Source: a virus. From it: 64,000 bases of DNA. A program made the position numbers and the translations under genes. Location: positions 392-64,391 of IMG/VR virus record IMGVR_UViG_3300005529_000034; one strand, written 5' to 3'. Shown in pieces: positions 18,176 through 28,045 of this stretch. The first letter of the stretch is position 1; every line of letters begins with the position of its first letter. Below the pieces are notes generated by a model. That model saw only the letters and a program-made list of their open reading frames with translations. It was not told the origin of the DNA and did not search any database.

Positions 18176-18382
18176 TCACGATCCTTGCGGCGCCCGGATT
18201 GTCGCCACATGCTGGTAGGTCGCAGCGCCAATGAACACGCCGACGGTCCCGAGGATCAGGTCCCGGTAGACGTCTGGCGGGATCAGGTGTAAGGCGACGA
18301 GCGCCGTATTGGCGATCCCGCAGCCCATCGTCATGAGGAACCGTCGCCCGCCGCACGCCGTCATCATGTCGGATACGGTCAT
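18176..18382 (-). CDS. small two-TM lysis protein (holin/antiholin candidate)
   Basis: ATG 18382 overlaps endolysin TGA; GGRRF followed by two hydrophobic segments. Confidence 0.55.
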   Translation of the reverse strand: MTVSDMMTACGGRRFLMTMGCGIANTALVALHLIPPDVYRDLILGTVGVFIGAATYQHVATIRAPQGS

Positions 18383-18729
18383 GCACGCACTCCGTCCGGT
18401 GAGAGGCTGTAATGGTTGAAATCCCGGCGTTTGAAATCCCCGCCCCAACGGTACCGGGTTCCGAGACTCTTCCACCATATCGCGAGCTGCTCATGGCCCT
18501 CGCCGTCGGTGATGTACCGGCCGGCGTCGTACAGATTCAGGTCAATTGCGAGGCGGTCGCAGTGCAAGGAGTTTGCAACGCCTGTACCGTTATCCGCGTT
18601 CTGCTGCGCTTCCTCGGGCGTGCGATAGGTCTGCCCAAAGGTCACCTGATAGCCGAGCGCACGCGCTCGCTGGATGAGCGCAGCCGCGGACTGGGTGAAT
18701 TCGACCTGGAGGTCTAGAAGGGCGCTCAC
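18379..18729 (-). CDS. endolysin, peptidase M15 family
   Basis: YRT..Q, SLH...LAIDL, WGGDF...D.NHY. Confidence 0.88.
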   Translation of the reverse strand: MSALLDLQVEFTQSAAALIQRARALGYQVTFGQTYRTPEEAQQNADNGTGVANSLHCDRLAIDLNLYDAGRYITDGEGHEQLAIWWKSLGTRYRWGGDFKRRDFNHYSLSPDGVRA

Positions 18730-19088
18730 ATGCGCAGCGCGGCCGCGAGCATGCGCGGATCACGCTGGAGGCCCATTTGCGGGACGGGCGCAGGAGCGGT
18801 GGACGGATTCCCCATCATTGGCGGCGGAGCAGCGGGAGCTGGCATGGGCTGCGCCATTGGGGCCGGCGCGGCGGTCGGCTGCATGGGAGCCGCACCATGA
18901 GCTGCAATCGCCTGCGCCACGAGCTGTTGCCGGGTCTGTCCCGGCTGCAGAGTGGGCGCTTGATATTGCGGCTGATACGGCGTGAACGTGCCGGCATCGT
19001 AATGGGGCGGATTGTAGAGCCCCAATCGCTCCTGCTTGTACTGGCTGAAGGGGATCGACTCTTTGAAAATTTTCGTGAAGAAGTTCAT
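18726..19088 (-). CDS. hypothetical Pro/Gln-rich late protein
   Basis: ORF packed in late operon. Confidence 0.55.
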   Translation of the reverse strand: MNFFTKIFKESIPFSQYKQERLGLYNPPHYDAGTFTPYQPQYQAPTLQPGQTRQQLVAQAIAAHGAAPMQPTAAPAPMAQPMPAPAAPPPMMGNPSTAPAPVPQMGLQRDPRMLAAALRM

Positions 19089-19091
19089 AGC

Positions 19092-19592
19092 CTAGTTGTA
19101 GGTCAGGATAGCCGGGTAGGTGCTGAGATTGACAAAGCCGAAGTTGTTAAAGCCCCAATTGGCGATACCGTTCACTCCGCCAATCCATGTATAGGTGAAC
19201 GGGACTCGGGTAACCGAGTTGGCCGTAATATCCTTGATGTAATTAATCCCGGGATCGGACGGGAAACCCCAAAGCTGTAGAAGCCCAGTGCCCGCCGTAA
19301 CGTCGTAGAACTCCTTGATCGTGCGGCCGTTGGGATCAACCGCGTTAGTGATGGAGCCGATGACGAAGTTATTGGCGGAGTATCCCTTGTCGAAAGTCCC
19401 GTCCCCGTTATTGAACTGACCGGCGGTGATGCTGAAGCTATGCGCGGAGGTGTATACGAGTCGCGAGACGCCGCCCCCGTCCACGACCCAAACTTTCTTG
19501 ACTTGGCGCGAGACGTTACCGCCGTCGACCGCATAGATTTTCTTGACGAGCCGGGAGACGTTGCCCCCGTCGACTGTATAAATCTTCGACAT
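19092..19592 (-). CDS. tail-fibre-associated / receptor-binding protein
   Basis: three N-terminal K(I/V)(Y/W)xVDGGxVSR repeats, beta-rich C-terminus, follows fibre gene. Confidence 0.55.
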   Translation of the reverse strand: MSKIYTVDGGNVSRLVKKIYAVDGGNVSRQVKKVWVVDGGGVSRLVYTSAHSFSITAGQFNNGDGTFDKGYSANNFVIGSITNAVDPNGRTIKEFYDVTAGTGLLQLWGFPSDPGINYIKDITANSVTRVPFTYTWIGGVNGIANWGFNNFGFVNLSTYPAILTYN

Positions 19593-20674
19593 TAGTAATA
19601 GAAGAAAATCTGACCGGCACTGCCAGAGGGCGTGGTACCGGGGTCCGAGGCGATGGTTACGCCCTGCAGACTGCCAATGAGCGGCAAGCGGTTAGCCGAT
19701 ACTGTGCCGACCGTGATTTGGTTGCCGTTGAGAGCGAGCGCAGTTTGGTGCTGCGTGACATTCGATTGGCGGATTTGCGCGTCCGCAAACTGACCGGCAT
19801 TGATGATACCGGCGTTGCGGATACTCACGCCGCCATATGTCACGTCCACTCCCGCGAGCTGAATCACATTAGCCGAGGTCAGGGTGAGATTGCTCAACTC
19901 GGCATTAATGGCCAGGGCGCCCGATTCGAGCCCCTGCATGTAGCCAATTCGCGTCGAGCCATTGAGGCGATACCAAGAGATGTACGGATTGCCGCCGGAG
20001 TTGTCTCCCAGGCGAATCTGCTCGCCGTTGGCCTTCAGGAATTGCAGCGTCGTGAAGATGTTCCCAGCATTGATCAAGGCTGCATTGCTGAAAGTGCCAT
20101 TCTGCGTCGCCAGCGTTCCGAGGCCCGATACCTGACCGCTCGGAAGCTTCTGCGGATTTAGCAGCGTCCAGCGCCCGCCGCCAGCGACTGCATACACGAG
20201 GTACGCCGGTTCGCCGGTCACGAGGTCGCCCGGTGAGAGCGCCGTGCCATTGTACTTGACGATGCTCTTTGCGCTGAGGCCGTTCAACGCGAGGGTAGCT
20301 GCACCCGTGTTGTTCCCAATCGGAACAAGGGTAACGGTCATCCCAGCCGTGTAGGCCGAGATGGAGGGCGTCAGAGCGCCCGTGATCGTGTCGGTCCCGG
20401 CAATAGCTGAGATGACACTCGCCGCGTCATCCTGGGTCTGGCCCACCGAGGCGTAGTGATTGCGCGCGCTGCCATCCGCCACGCCCGTATGCTTGAATCC
20501 GCCCATAGGCAGATTCGCAGTCGGCGTCGTCTCGCCGTTGCGGGCAATGGAGGCGGTGAGCGCGGCCACAACATCCGAGACGAGGTTATTGAAAATCGTC
20601 GAAGAGATGGTCGTACCAGTCTGCACCGGCTGGCCGGCCGGTGCGCTGTAGTTACCCGAGCCGTCACGCGGCAT
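19592..20674 (-). CDS. tail fibre protein
   Basis: MPRDGSGNYS.PAG..V..GTTISS N-terminal anchor; Gly/Thr-rich beta body. Confidence 0.7.
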   Translation of the reverse strand: MPRDGSGNYSAPAGQPVQTGTTISSTIFNNLVSDVVAALTASIARNGETTPTANLPMGGFKHTGVADGSARNHYASVGQTQDDAASVISAIAGTDTITGALTPSISAYTAGMTVTLVPIGNNTGAATLALNGLSAKSIVKYNGTALSPGDLVTGEPAYLVYAVAGGGRWTLLNPQKLPSGQVSGLGTLATQNGTFSNAALINAGNIFTTLQFLKANGEQIRLGDNSGGNPYISWYRLNGSTRIGYMQGLESGALAINAELSNLTLTSANVIQLAGVDVTYGGVSIRNAGIINAGQFADAQIRQSNVTQHQTALALNGNQITVGTVSANRLPLIGSLQGVTIASDPGTTPSGSAGQIFFYY

Positions 20675-20689
20675 GGATGCTCCTAGTTA

Positions 20690-22441
20690 TTATTGAGGGC
20701 CGGTGGTCTCGGCGACGCCGACGGGCGTAGCGCCGTAACGGCGTAGGACATTGGCGAGCTGCGCGGCTTCCGGGCTTTGCGGGAGCATGCCCTCGCGGAG
20801 CAGGTTCGCAATCATCTGGCTTCGCAGACCGCGCGATACGAGCGGCGCGGTCAGGAGCGCACCCACGGTACCGAGGCCTGCGCCTTCCGCCCCGCCTTCG
20901 TGCGCCCCGACGGCAGCGCCCGCACCGCCGAGCAAGCCCTGATAGAGCAGAGTGTGCGCGGTCTTGCTGGTATTCGCCTGCTTCTGCTTCAAGACATCCT
21001 TGCCGAGCGACGCCAAGTCCTTCAGGTCCCCGCCGGCTCGCGCCATATTCTTGCGGCCGACCTGATTCTTGATGGCGTTCCAGAGCTGGACGCCCGAGAT
21101 ATCGCCCGTGTCACCGCTGCTGTTCGCCAGCGCCTGGGACACCGTCTTGAAATTCCCGTACTGGGCTTGCGCCTGCTTCCAGGCCTTCAGCTCATCCGGG
21201 CTCAGGCTCGCCTCGATGGACTCGTCCACCGCATCGCGGATATCGCGCATGGCGTCCGTTACGCGCTTCGGCTTTCCTTGCCGCGCGAGGTCGTTCTTCT
21301 GCTCGGTCAGCGCGGAGCGCAGTTGCTGTGCCTCCTCGCCGCTCATCTTCGCTTTACCGGCGAATTGCGAGCGGGCATCAGCCACCATCTGCTCAATCTC
21401 GGGCGAATAGGTAAGCCGATTCGCCGGATCGTTGCCGGCCTCAATCTGCCGCAGGACTTGCTGCATCTTCGGCGTGATGTCGACCGGCTTACCGGCGGCG
21501 ACCGTTTCGAAGCCCTGCCCGAGCCGCTTCGCCGCCTGATCCATGATCGCCTTGCTGAACTGACCGTCGGGCAGGTCCTGGCCGAAGGTGCTCGCCAGCG
21601 CCTTGTTGTAGGCGTCGCGCTGTGCCCGGTCGAACGCCTCGGCGCCCGAGCCCGGGAATGCGCTCGTGGCCTCCTTCAGGTGCTCCAACGCCCGCCGGCC
21701 CGTCGCCTGGGCGGCGTCCAACGGGATACCGTATTGCTTGGCGAGGTCGACGAGCTTATTCGCACCGGCCTTCATGGCGTTCTTGGCCGGGCCGAGCACA
21801 GCCCCTACCGCCTTACCGGCTACCGGCAAAGCGGCGCCTACGGCGCCCCCTACAAGGGTATTGAGGCCCTGGCTGTCATTGGTAGGATCGAATTGCGAAG
21901 CGCCCGCTAGGGCTCCCTGGACGGCCCCAGAGGCCACCCGCGCACCGAGCCCCGCGCCTGCCCCGCCAGGGACTAAGGCGAGCGGGGCCGTGGCCGCCAC
22001 ATTGCCGGTGAGCCGGCCGGCGTCGAAGCCCGCATTCGGGCCTCGGCCCTTCTCGTAGAGACCGATTTCATCGTTGACCTGCTTGGTATAATCGGCCGAC
22101 GGGTCAGTCTGAGCGTACTTTGCCTGGAGCTGCGCGTCCGTGAGACCTTGATCCTCCGGGCCGGCGTACGCGCGCAGCTCCTGAATCGAAGGCAATACCG
22201 GACCGCTCGGCTTACCCGGCAGAATGGCTTGCTTAATCCCCTGCGCGACATCCATCGCACCGCGGCCGACGCTCTCAAGGAAGGTCGGCTTCTCCTGCCG
22301 GACCGTGCTCGACGGATCGAGCGCCGCCTGCTTCTCCGCGGCGTATTGCTGCTGAAATGCAGCAAGGGCCTCTTCCTGAGTGCCCTCGCCCTCAACTAGA
22401 TACGTATGCCCATCGGGGGCGGTGATTCGATATTTAGCCAT
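20690..22441 (-). CDS. internal virion (DNA ejection) protein
   Basis: MAKYRITAPDG start, Gly/Ala hydrophobic stretches, position. Confidence 0.65.
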   Translation of the reverse strand: MAKYRITAPDGHTYLVEGEGTQEEALAAFQQQYAAEKQAALDPSSTVRQEKPTFLESVGRGAMDVAQGIKQAILPGKPSGPVLPSIQELRAYAGPEDQGLTDAQLQAKYAQTDPSADYTKQVNDEIGLYEKGRGPNAGFDAGRLTGNVAATAPLALVPGGAGAGLGARVASGAVQGALAGASQFDPTNDSQGLNTLVGGAVGAALPVAGKAVGAVLGPAKNAMKAGANKLVDLAKQYGIPLDAAQATGRRALEHLKEATSAFPGSGAEAFDRAQRDAYNKALASTFGQDLPDGQFSKAIMDQAAKRLGQGFETVAAGKPVDITPKMQQVLRQIEAGNDPANRLTYSPEIEQMVADARSQFAGKAKMSGEEAQQLRSALTEQKNDLARQGKPKRVTDAMRDIRDAVDESIEASLSPDELKAWKQAQAQYGNFKTVSQALANSSGDTGDISGVQLWNAIKNQVGRKNMARAGGDLKDLASLGKDVLKQKQANTSKTAHTLLYQGLLGGAGAAVGAHEGGAEGAGLGTVGALLTAPLVSRGLRSQMIANLLREGMLPQSPEAAQLANVLRRYGATPVGVAETTGPQ

Positions 22442-23917
22442 TTAATCAGCCCGACTGATGGACCAATTGCCTTTGACGACCGGCGCACCGGGCGTCGGTG
22501 GCGTGAGTCCCTGATCCGCCTGGGAGCTTTCAAAACCCTTGAGGCGCATCGCTGCCGGCGAGAGCCGCTTATTGAACTCGTCTTCGGACAACCCTGTCTG
22601 CGTAATCCATTCCCGCCGCTTGCCTTCGAGCTGGCCGCCGATAAGGGTTCGCAATCCCTGCAAAACGGAGGCCAACTGTTCGGGACTTGAGGCCTTGCTC
22701 AACTTCGCCAGCGCTTCCTGGCGGTCCGACTCCGCACCGGGGCCGCCAGTAATGCCTTTGACAATCTCGCCCCGAATATTGTCCTTCAGCGCCTCAAACG
22801 TGCTCGGCGGTGCCTTACCAAATTGCTCTTTGAAGAAGTTGGTGAGTCGGTTCAAAGCCTGCGTGTCATGGTTCTTCAACGCCTCGCCGGCAGCTTCCAG
22901 CGTTTCGAGGTGATCCGAGAGCACCGAGAAGCTCGTCACTGTCTTGCCGGCCGGCTTATCCGGGCCGAACGCGCGCAGCGCTGCCGCACGTGCCGGGTAC
23001 TTCGCTGCGTCGTAATCGGGGTGATTCTCTAGCAGCTTATTCCAGACGAGCACGTTGTACGGATTCCGGTTGTTCGTGCTCGGCGGTGCCTTCTGCAGAT
23101 TGGCAATAGCCTCCGCATCGCGCGCCGCCATTGCATCCATAGTCGGGCTAACACCGTTCTGGAGCTGTGCGAAAGCATCGTTCGGCGGCTTCTCATACAG
23201 CTTCGGTCGGCCCTGGGCTTCCCATTCCGAGCGCGGAATGGTCTTGTAACCGCCCTTACCGTCATCGACATTGACCAGCGCACGGTCTGCCTCGGGCGGT
23301 TTGTACTGCTTCGGCAGGCCCTGCGCGAGCTGCGCCCCGGTGCGCGGATTGACGAGGATATCGCCCTCGCCGAGCTTAACCGGGTCGGGCACTTTCATAT
23401 CGCGTTCGAGGCCCTGCTGGCTAATCGCCGCGGGCACGCCGCCGAGCTGCAAGCCCTTAAGGTATGCCGCCATTTGATGATTGCGCATATCCGTCTCGGT
23501 CTGCTGATTCGCATCCATCACGGATTGCTGCGTCGCCTGATGCTGGCGCAATTGCTGGGCCAGCGCAGTCGTATCGATCTGCGACGGATCGCTCGGCAGT
23601 TCATACTGCGCAGTCGGCGTAACCGGCGATAGCGCATCCGCCGGGGAGACGCTATTGAGGTCCTTGAACCATGCCTCCGCATCCGCCTGCTTCTGGTCCG
23701 CAAGCTTTTGGGCGGCCTTGTTGGCTCGATTCTCCTCGAACGCTCCGCCGACGATGTTTGCAATCTTGCCGAATTGCTGCCACGGCGAGATAGGAATGAC
23801 ATATCCGCCCGCGGTTTGCGTAATCTGGTCGTTCGGGATATTGCCGCTGTCGCGCAAAGCCGCCGCGATCATCTTCTGACGCTGGATTGCTTGTTCTTGT
23901 AGATCGTACTGGCTCAT
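22442..23917 (-). CDS. internal virion (DNA ejection) protein
   Basis: Gln/Ala-rich helical protein in ejection cluster. Confidence 0.6.
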   Translation of the reverse strand: MSQYDLQEQAIQRQKMIAAALRDSGNIPNDQITQTAGGYVIPISPWQQFGKIANIVGGAFEENRANKAAQKLADQKQADAEAWFKDLNSVSPADALSPVTPTAQYELPSDPSQIDTTALAQQLRQHQATQQSVMDANQQTETDMRNHQMAAYLKGLQLGGVPAAISQQGLERDMKVPDPVKLGEGDILVNPRTGAQLAQGLPKQYKPPEADRALVNVDDGKGGYKTIPRSEWEAQGRPKLYEKPPNDAFAQLQNGVSPTMDAMAARDAEAIANLQKAPPSTNNRNPYNVLVWNKLLENHPDYDAAKYPARAAALRAFGPDKPAGKTVTSFSVLSDHLETLEAAGEALKNHDTQALNRLTNFFKEQFGKAPPSTFEALKDNIRGEIVKGITGGPGAESDRQEALAKLSKASSPEQLASVLQGLRTLIGGQLEGKRREWITQTGLSEDEFNKRLSPAAMRLKGFESSQADQGLTPPTPGAPVVKGNWSISRAD

Positions 23918-24633
23918 GGCATTCCGATGGCGGTATGGAGGGGCGCGGACTCGCGGTCAATCACGACCGCAATCTCACGCAAGCGTTTCTGGACTTCAGC
24001 ATATGGGCCGGGCGGGAGATTCCGAATCCGGTTCACGTTGCGAGCGAGATAGCCCGTGCAATGCATGCAGTCATGGCTCTCCAGCTCCGACGCGTAGTGC
24101 TCAGGAATCTTGATATGGTTCTCGCGCAGATATGTCTCGACTTGCGCCTCCGACCATGTTTCGAGGGGCAGCACATATTCGATTCCATCGATCACGATCC
24201 CATCGCGACAATGCGGATTGGTATGCTCCTCATCATTGCGCTGACCGCGAATGATCTTTTTGATACCGAGGAGCTTCATTGCCTGATAGAGCGGCTGCCA
24301 AATAGAGCGGCTGCAACAGTCGTAGGTGCTCTGGATGAGCGGACCGGCGGTCTTCACGAATTGGCGGCCGAAGATGGTTGCGTTGATCGGCACCACGTCC
24401 GACGGGTATCCGTGTTGCTCAATTTCCCGGGAAACTTGTCCCCGGAGGATGAGGAAGTGCGGAATCTGCGCCGCAAGCCGATGCATATCCCGCACTACTT
24501 CCGGGTAGCTGTCCCCGGCGTCGAACCAGACGACGATGATCTTATCTAGCTGATCCCGGTACATGTGTAAAATGGCCCGAGAATCCCGGCCGCCGCTGTA
24601 TTGCAATGCCGTCGTGATGCCAAAGTCGCTCAT
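23914..24633 (-). CDS. PAPS reductase / PP-loop family protein
   Basis: YSGGRDS PP-loop, DCC, IRGQR.DE, PL..WS, HDC.HC; ATG 24633 overlaps upstream stop. Confidence 0.8.
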   Translation of the reverse strand: MSDFGITTALQYSGGRDSRAILHMYRDQLDKIIVVWFDAGDSYPEVVRDMHRLAAQIPHFLILRGQVSREIEQHGYPSDVVPINATIFGRQFVKTAGPLIQSTYDCCSRSIWQPLYQAMKLLGIKKIIRGQRNDEEHTNPHCRDGIVIDGIEYVLPLETWSEAQVETYLRENHIKIPEHYASELESHDCMHCTGYLARNVNRIRNLPPGPYAEVQKRLREIAVVIDRESAPLHTAIGMP

Positions 24634-24863
24634 TTGCGCATCCACTTCGAAGCCGGCTCTACCATATAACGGCCATCCTTCGGCGCGCGCCAAGGATCAC
24701 CGTATACCTTCGAATGAAAACGGCGGTCATAGTCCGGAAAACCGCTAGCCAACAAAGTTCGCACGGAACGGCGCTCGCGGCGATGCTCGTCGACCTTGAA
24801 GGGCTTATCGCTGCGGGCCGTCGTGACGCCAATAAATGGCGACTTCTTGCGGCTGCGACTCAT
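24630..24863 (-). CDS. small basic protein (MSRSRKK start)
   Basis: 77 aa, Arg/Lys-rich, overlaps neighbours at both ends. Confidence 0.6.
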   Translation of the reverse strand: MSRSRKKSPFIGVTTARSDKPFKVDEHRRERRSVRTLLASGFPDYDRRFHSKVYGDPWRAPKDGRYMVEPASKWMRK

Positions 24864-25984
24864 CAGAAAATAGCCGCGATCCCCGCGGCCAAGCTCACTG
24901 CCGTTTGAGAGTTCTGATTGTTCTGGGCAATCTGCTGATTGTAGAGGTCGAGCGCATTGTTGGCTTGCGCCTGACCGGCAGCGAATACCGGCGCAGGCGC
25001 GGGGGACGCGACACTCGGCGTATTGGCGAATGACGGCGAGGTAACCTGCGTGCCCTTGAGGAGCGCATTGTACTCATTCAACGGCAGGCTCCGCAGGTAC
25101 GCGGCCTCGTCCAGCCCCGCAGCGCGGCTGCTATTCTGGAAGTTCCCTGCTGCAATGCTATCCGCGAGGCCCTGCGATTCTGTCGCATTGTTAAAGCCCA
25201 TCGCCTTGAGCGCGCTGTCGAGGTCCTGCTGGCTCGTGGCATTGGCGAAAGTCCCCTGTGCACCAATCTCGCTCACGCCCTCACCGCGGGCCTTCAACGC
25301 ATCGGCGAGGAGCCGCGATTGCTCGGCGCCGCCGCCCGTGATAGCACGGTCTCGCGCATCGCCATAGTCGGCTTGTTTCTGCCGATAGAAGTCGTTCATC
25401 GCATTGGTGAACGCCTCGGAGCCCTGCGTGATGCCGGAATTGACGAGCTGATTCCGCAGTTGCTCCTCTTGCTGTGCATACTGCGGATCGAGCCGCGCCG
25501 TCGACTGCCGATAAAGCGCGTCCTCTACTTCCTGCTTCTGGGCGCCGTACTCGTCGCCAGTCGGGAGCTTGCCGAGGCCGGAGAAATCCAGCGTCTTGAC
25601 CGGTGCGCTCGTATTGCCGGTGTAGATGTCATAGTTCGGCGTATTGACGCTATTGACACGAGCCGGGGCGCCGCTCGTATCGAAGTTGCTCCCCATGCTG
25701 CTCTGAATCCGGCCGAGCGCGGAGTTGGCAGTGTCTGCCAGGGAGAGCTGGCCAGTCGTATTCTTGTCGAGCAGCGCTTGCTGATCCGGTGAGAGCGTGA
25801 CTGTGCTATCCCACTGATCCGGGTTGCTCGTCGGCGTGTAGACCAAGCTGCCATAGGGCGTATATTGATTGACGCGATTAAGCTGCGCACCGACGCGGGC
25901 CGCGTCGATGTTCGCTTGACCTTGGGCCGAGGCCTGCTGGCCGTAATCGACCGGAGGCGGGGAGGCCGGAGCACTTTTTCCCAT
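24863..25984 (-). CDS. internal virion / pilot-like protein
   Basis: MGKSAP..PP start overlapping GNAT stop; Gln/Asn/Ala-rich. Confidence 0.65.
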   Translation of the reverse strand: MGKSAPASPPPVDYGQQASAQGQANIDAARVGAQLNRVNQYTPYGSLVYTPTSNPDQWDSTVTLSPDQQALLDKNTTGQLSLADTANSALGRIQSSMGSNFDTSGAPARVNSVNTPNYDIYTGNTSAPVKTLDFSGLGKLPTGDEYGAQKQEVEDALYRQSTARLDPQYAQQEEQLRNQLVNSGITQGSEAFTNAMNDFYRQKQADYGDARDRAITGGGAEQSRLLADALKARGEGVSEIGAQGTFANATSQQDLDSALKAMGFNNATESQGLADSIAAGNFQNSSRAAGLDEAAYLRSLPLNEYNALLKGTQVTSPSFANTPSVASPAPAPVFAAGQAQANNALDLYNQQIAQNNQNSQTAVSLAAGIAAIF

Positions 25985-26439
25985 TATGGAGCCTTGATGA
26001 TGTTCGGGAGGATCGACGGCTTCGGGTACCGTTCTTCGAATTTCTGTTTCGTCATGACCCACACGCAAATGTCGCCGCCACCCGGTGCGGCGTCGTCCAT
26101 CCAAGATTCGACCGTAAAGCCGACCTTGGGAACGAATTCCATGCTGCGCTCATTCTTCTCATCGACGAGCGCCGTAACTCGCTTGCAGCCCAGAACGTTG
26201 AAGGGATGCGCGAGGAGCGCCCATCGGAAGGTGCGCGTGCACCATCGATGTCCGGGCTCGGCGGCTACGTCCATGAGCACGTTCGGGCCATTCCAAAGTT
26301 GGTACGTGCATCCGGCAATGATACGATTGTCTCGCACAACGCCAATGGCTTGACCTCGTGCCGGGGTCCAGCGCGAGTTGAGCCGCGTATGGACCCATGT
26401 GCCGACGATGTCGTCGTAGCCGACGAGAAGAGAATACAA
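25984..26439 (-). CDS. GNAT-family acetyltransferase-like virion morphogenesis protein
   Basis: Y.F..LGC.R.TALV...N..S..F..K.GF..E pattern; typical position after nozzle gene. Confidence 0.75.
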   Translation of the reverse strand: MYSLLVGYDDIVGTWVHTRLNSRWTPARGQAIGVVRDNRIIAGCTYQLWNGPNVLMDVAAEPGHRWCTRTFRWALLAHPFNVLGCKRVTALVDEKNERSMEFVPKVGFTVESWMDDAAPGGGDICVWVMTKQKFEERYPKPSILPNIIKAP

Positions 26440-26482
26440 GCTATACCCTGTATTTCGCGCGTCATTTACCGTCTAAAGACGG

Positions 26483-28045
26483 TTAGAGCACGCCGCCCGG
26501 TTGATAGAGGTAGTCAAACGCACTGACGCGAATCTGCGCGTTGTTCGTAGCGACCTTGAGGCGCGGAGCAATGGCATAGCCCACGCCGGTTGCACCGTAC
26601 CAGTCCTTATTGATCGTGGTACCGCCACCCCAGACTGCGCTGTCCCAGAGACCGGAGTCCCAGAGTGATCCGCCGCCGGTGGGGAATGCGACGACGCCTA
26701 GTGGCGTAGTGATCGCAAAGTCTGTGTCCACGCCCACGAGCATTTGACCGGGATTCGTGTCCCACGCGATCACGGGCCGCAGCATCATGATTTGCTTCAG
26801 GCCGTCGCGGTTACCAAAGTAGTCGAACGCCCCGGCCATGTCACCGACAATCTGCGCGCCGTTGTCGGAGAGACCGTTCCACGCGTGACGAACCTCACCG
26901 GCAGTGCCGTAATACAGCCCACCGTTGAACACTTCGAAGCAGTTGGCGTACCAGCCTGTAAAGTTAGCCCATGCGCCGGTCGTCGTGTTCATCACGAATT
27001 GCTGCTGCTGACCGACGGCGTTCGGCACATTGAGCAACAGCATGCCCGCTTCGCTAAACTGCGTGAGCTGCCAACCGAAATTCGCACCGTAGGACGACGC
27101 AGCCGCGGTGACTGCACCGCTGATGCGATCACTAATCGCAATGGCCGAGTTGGTGCGGCCCGACATGAAGGCTTTGGACGCCGGAATCACGCCGTCGACC
27201 GTAATGATCAGAAGATCAGGGCCGTATTTAAGCGTGCAGCGGCGGCCAATCGGTGCGGCGATGTTGTAGATACCGACGAGGGCGAAGGTCGATGCGCTCG
27301 TGGGGTCCGTGCCTTGATAGACTGCGACCTCGCCTTGCGAGCTAATGAAAACGGCGAGGTCATCGAGGCCGTCGCCACCATCGACGGTCCAATTGGCCAT
27401 CGCCATTAGGTAGCCGCCCTTTTTGAACACGCCGGACATGTCGAACTTCGTCAATGCCCCGGTCATTGCGCCTGCGGCGCTGTACCACGCGTTAAAGCTC
27501 GCCGTTTCAACGTACCAGCATCGCTGTTTGAATACGTTGACGTTGGTGAGAAGCGTCGAGGTGACCCCGGTGATAGCCGGCGTGCTCGCACCGTCAACGG
27601 CTGTCCAAGTCGTGCCATTGTAGAGCAGCGGCTTGTCTGCGCCGTTGACGCAGATAATGAAGTTGCCGCCTACCGTCGTGAAATTGGTCGTTTGCCAGCG
27701 GCCATTCGTCAATGACGAGACAACTGCAGCGCCCGCGGCGCCCGCCGTGCTCACATCGAATAGCTTAGTCGGCGTGAATGCAAAGAGCTTGTTGCTGCCG
27801 GTGGTCGGTCGATAGGAGACGAGTGTCTCCACCTGCGCGCCGGAGTCGATGCCCGTGACATGCTGCGTCACGCCTTGCCGCAGGATCACATCCGAGGTCA
27901 GCGGAAAGAAGTTCGTCAGCAGCGCGGCATCGCCCTTGCGCATGGCGGCCACGGAATCGCGCGCATTCCAGCCCCGAGTGGGAGCCGGAACGCTATAGGT
28001 GCGCGAGACTTGCCCGCGATTGAGGCGATAGGCGGGGCGGCGCAT
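26483..28045 (-). CDS. tail nozzle / DNA stabilisation protein (P22 gp10 / tubular B-like)
   Basis: 520 aa beta-propeller-like sequence directly after adaptor. Confidence 0.7.
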   Translation of the reverse strand: MRRPAYRLNRGQVSRTYSVPAPTRGWNARDSVAAMRKGDAALLTNFFPLTSDVILRQGVTQHVTGIDSGAQVETLVSYRPTTGSNKLFAFTPTKLFDVSTAGAAGAAVVSSLTNGRWQTTNFTTVGGNFIICVNGADKPLLYNGTTWTAVDGASTPAITGVTSTLLTNVNVFKQRCWYVETASFNAWYSAAGAMTGALTKFDMSGVFKKGGYLMAMANWTVDGGDGLDDLAVFISSQGEVAVYQGTDPTSASTFALVGIYNIAAPIGRRCTLKYGPDLLIITVDGVIPASKAFMSGRTNSAIAISDRISGAVTAAASSYGANFGWQLTQFSEAGMLLLNVPNAVGQQQQFVMNTTTGAWANFTGWYANCFEVFNGGLYYGTAGEVRHAWNGLSDNGAQIVGDMAGAFDYFGNRDGLKQIMMLRPVIAWDTNPGQMLVGVDTDFAITTPLGVVAFPTGGGSLWDSGLWDSAVWGGGTTINKDWYGATGVGYAIAPRLKVATNNAQIRVSAFDYLYQPGGVL

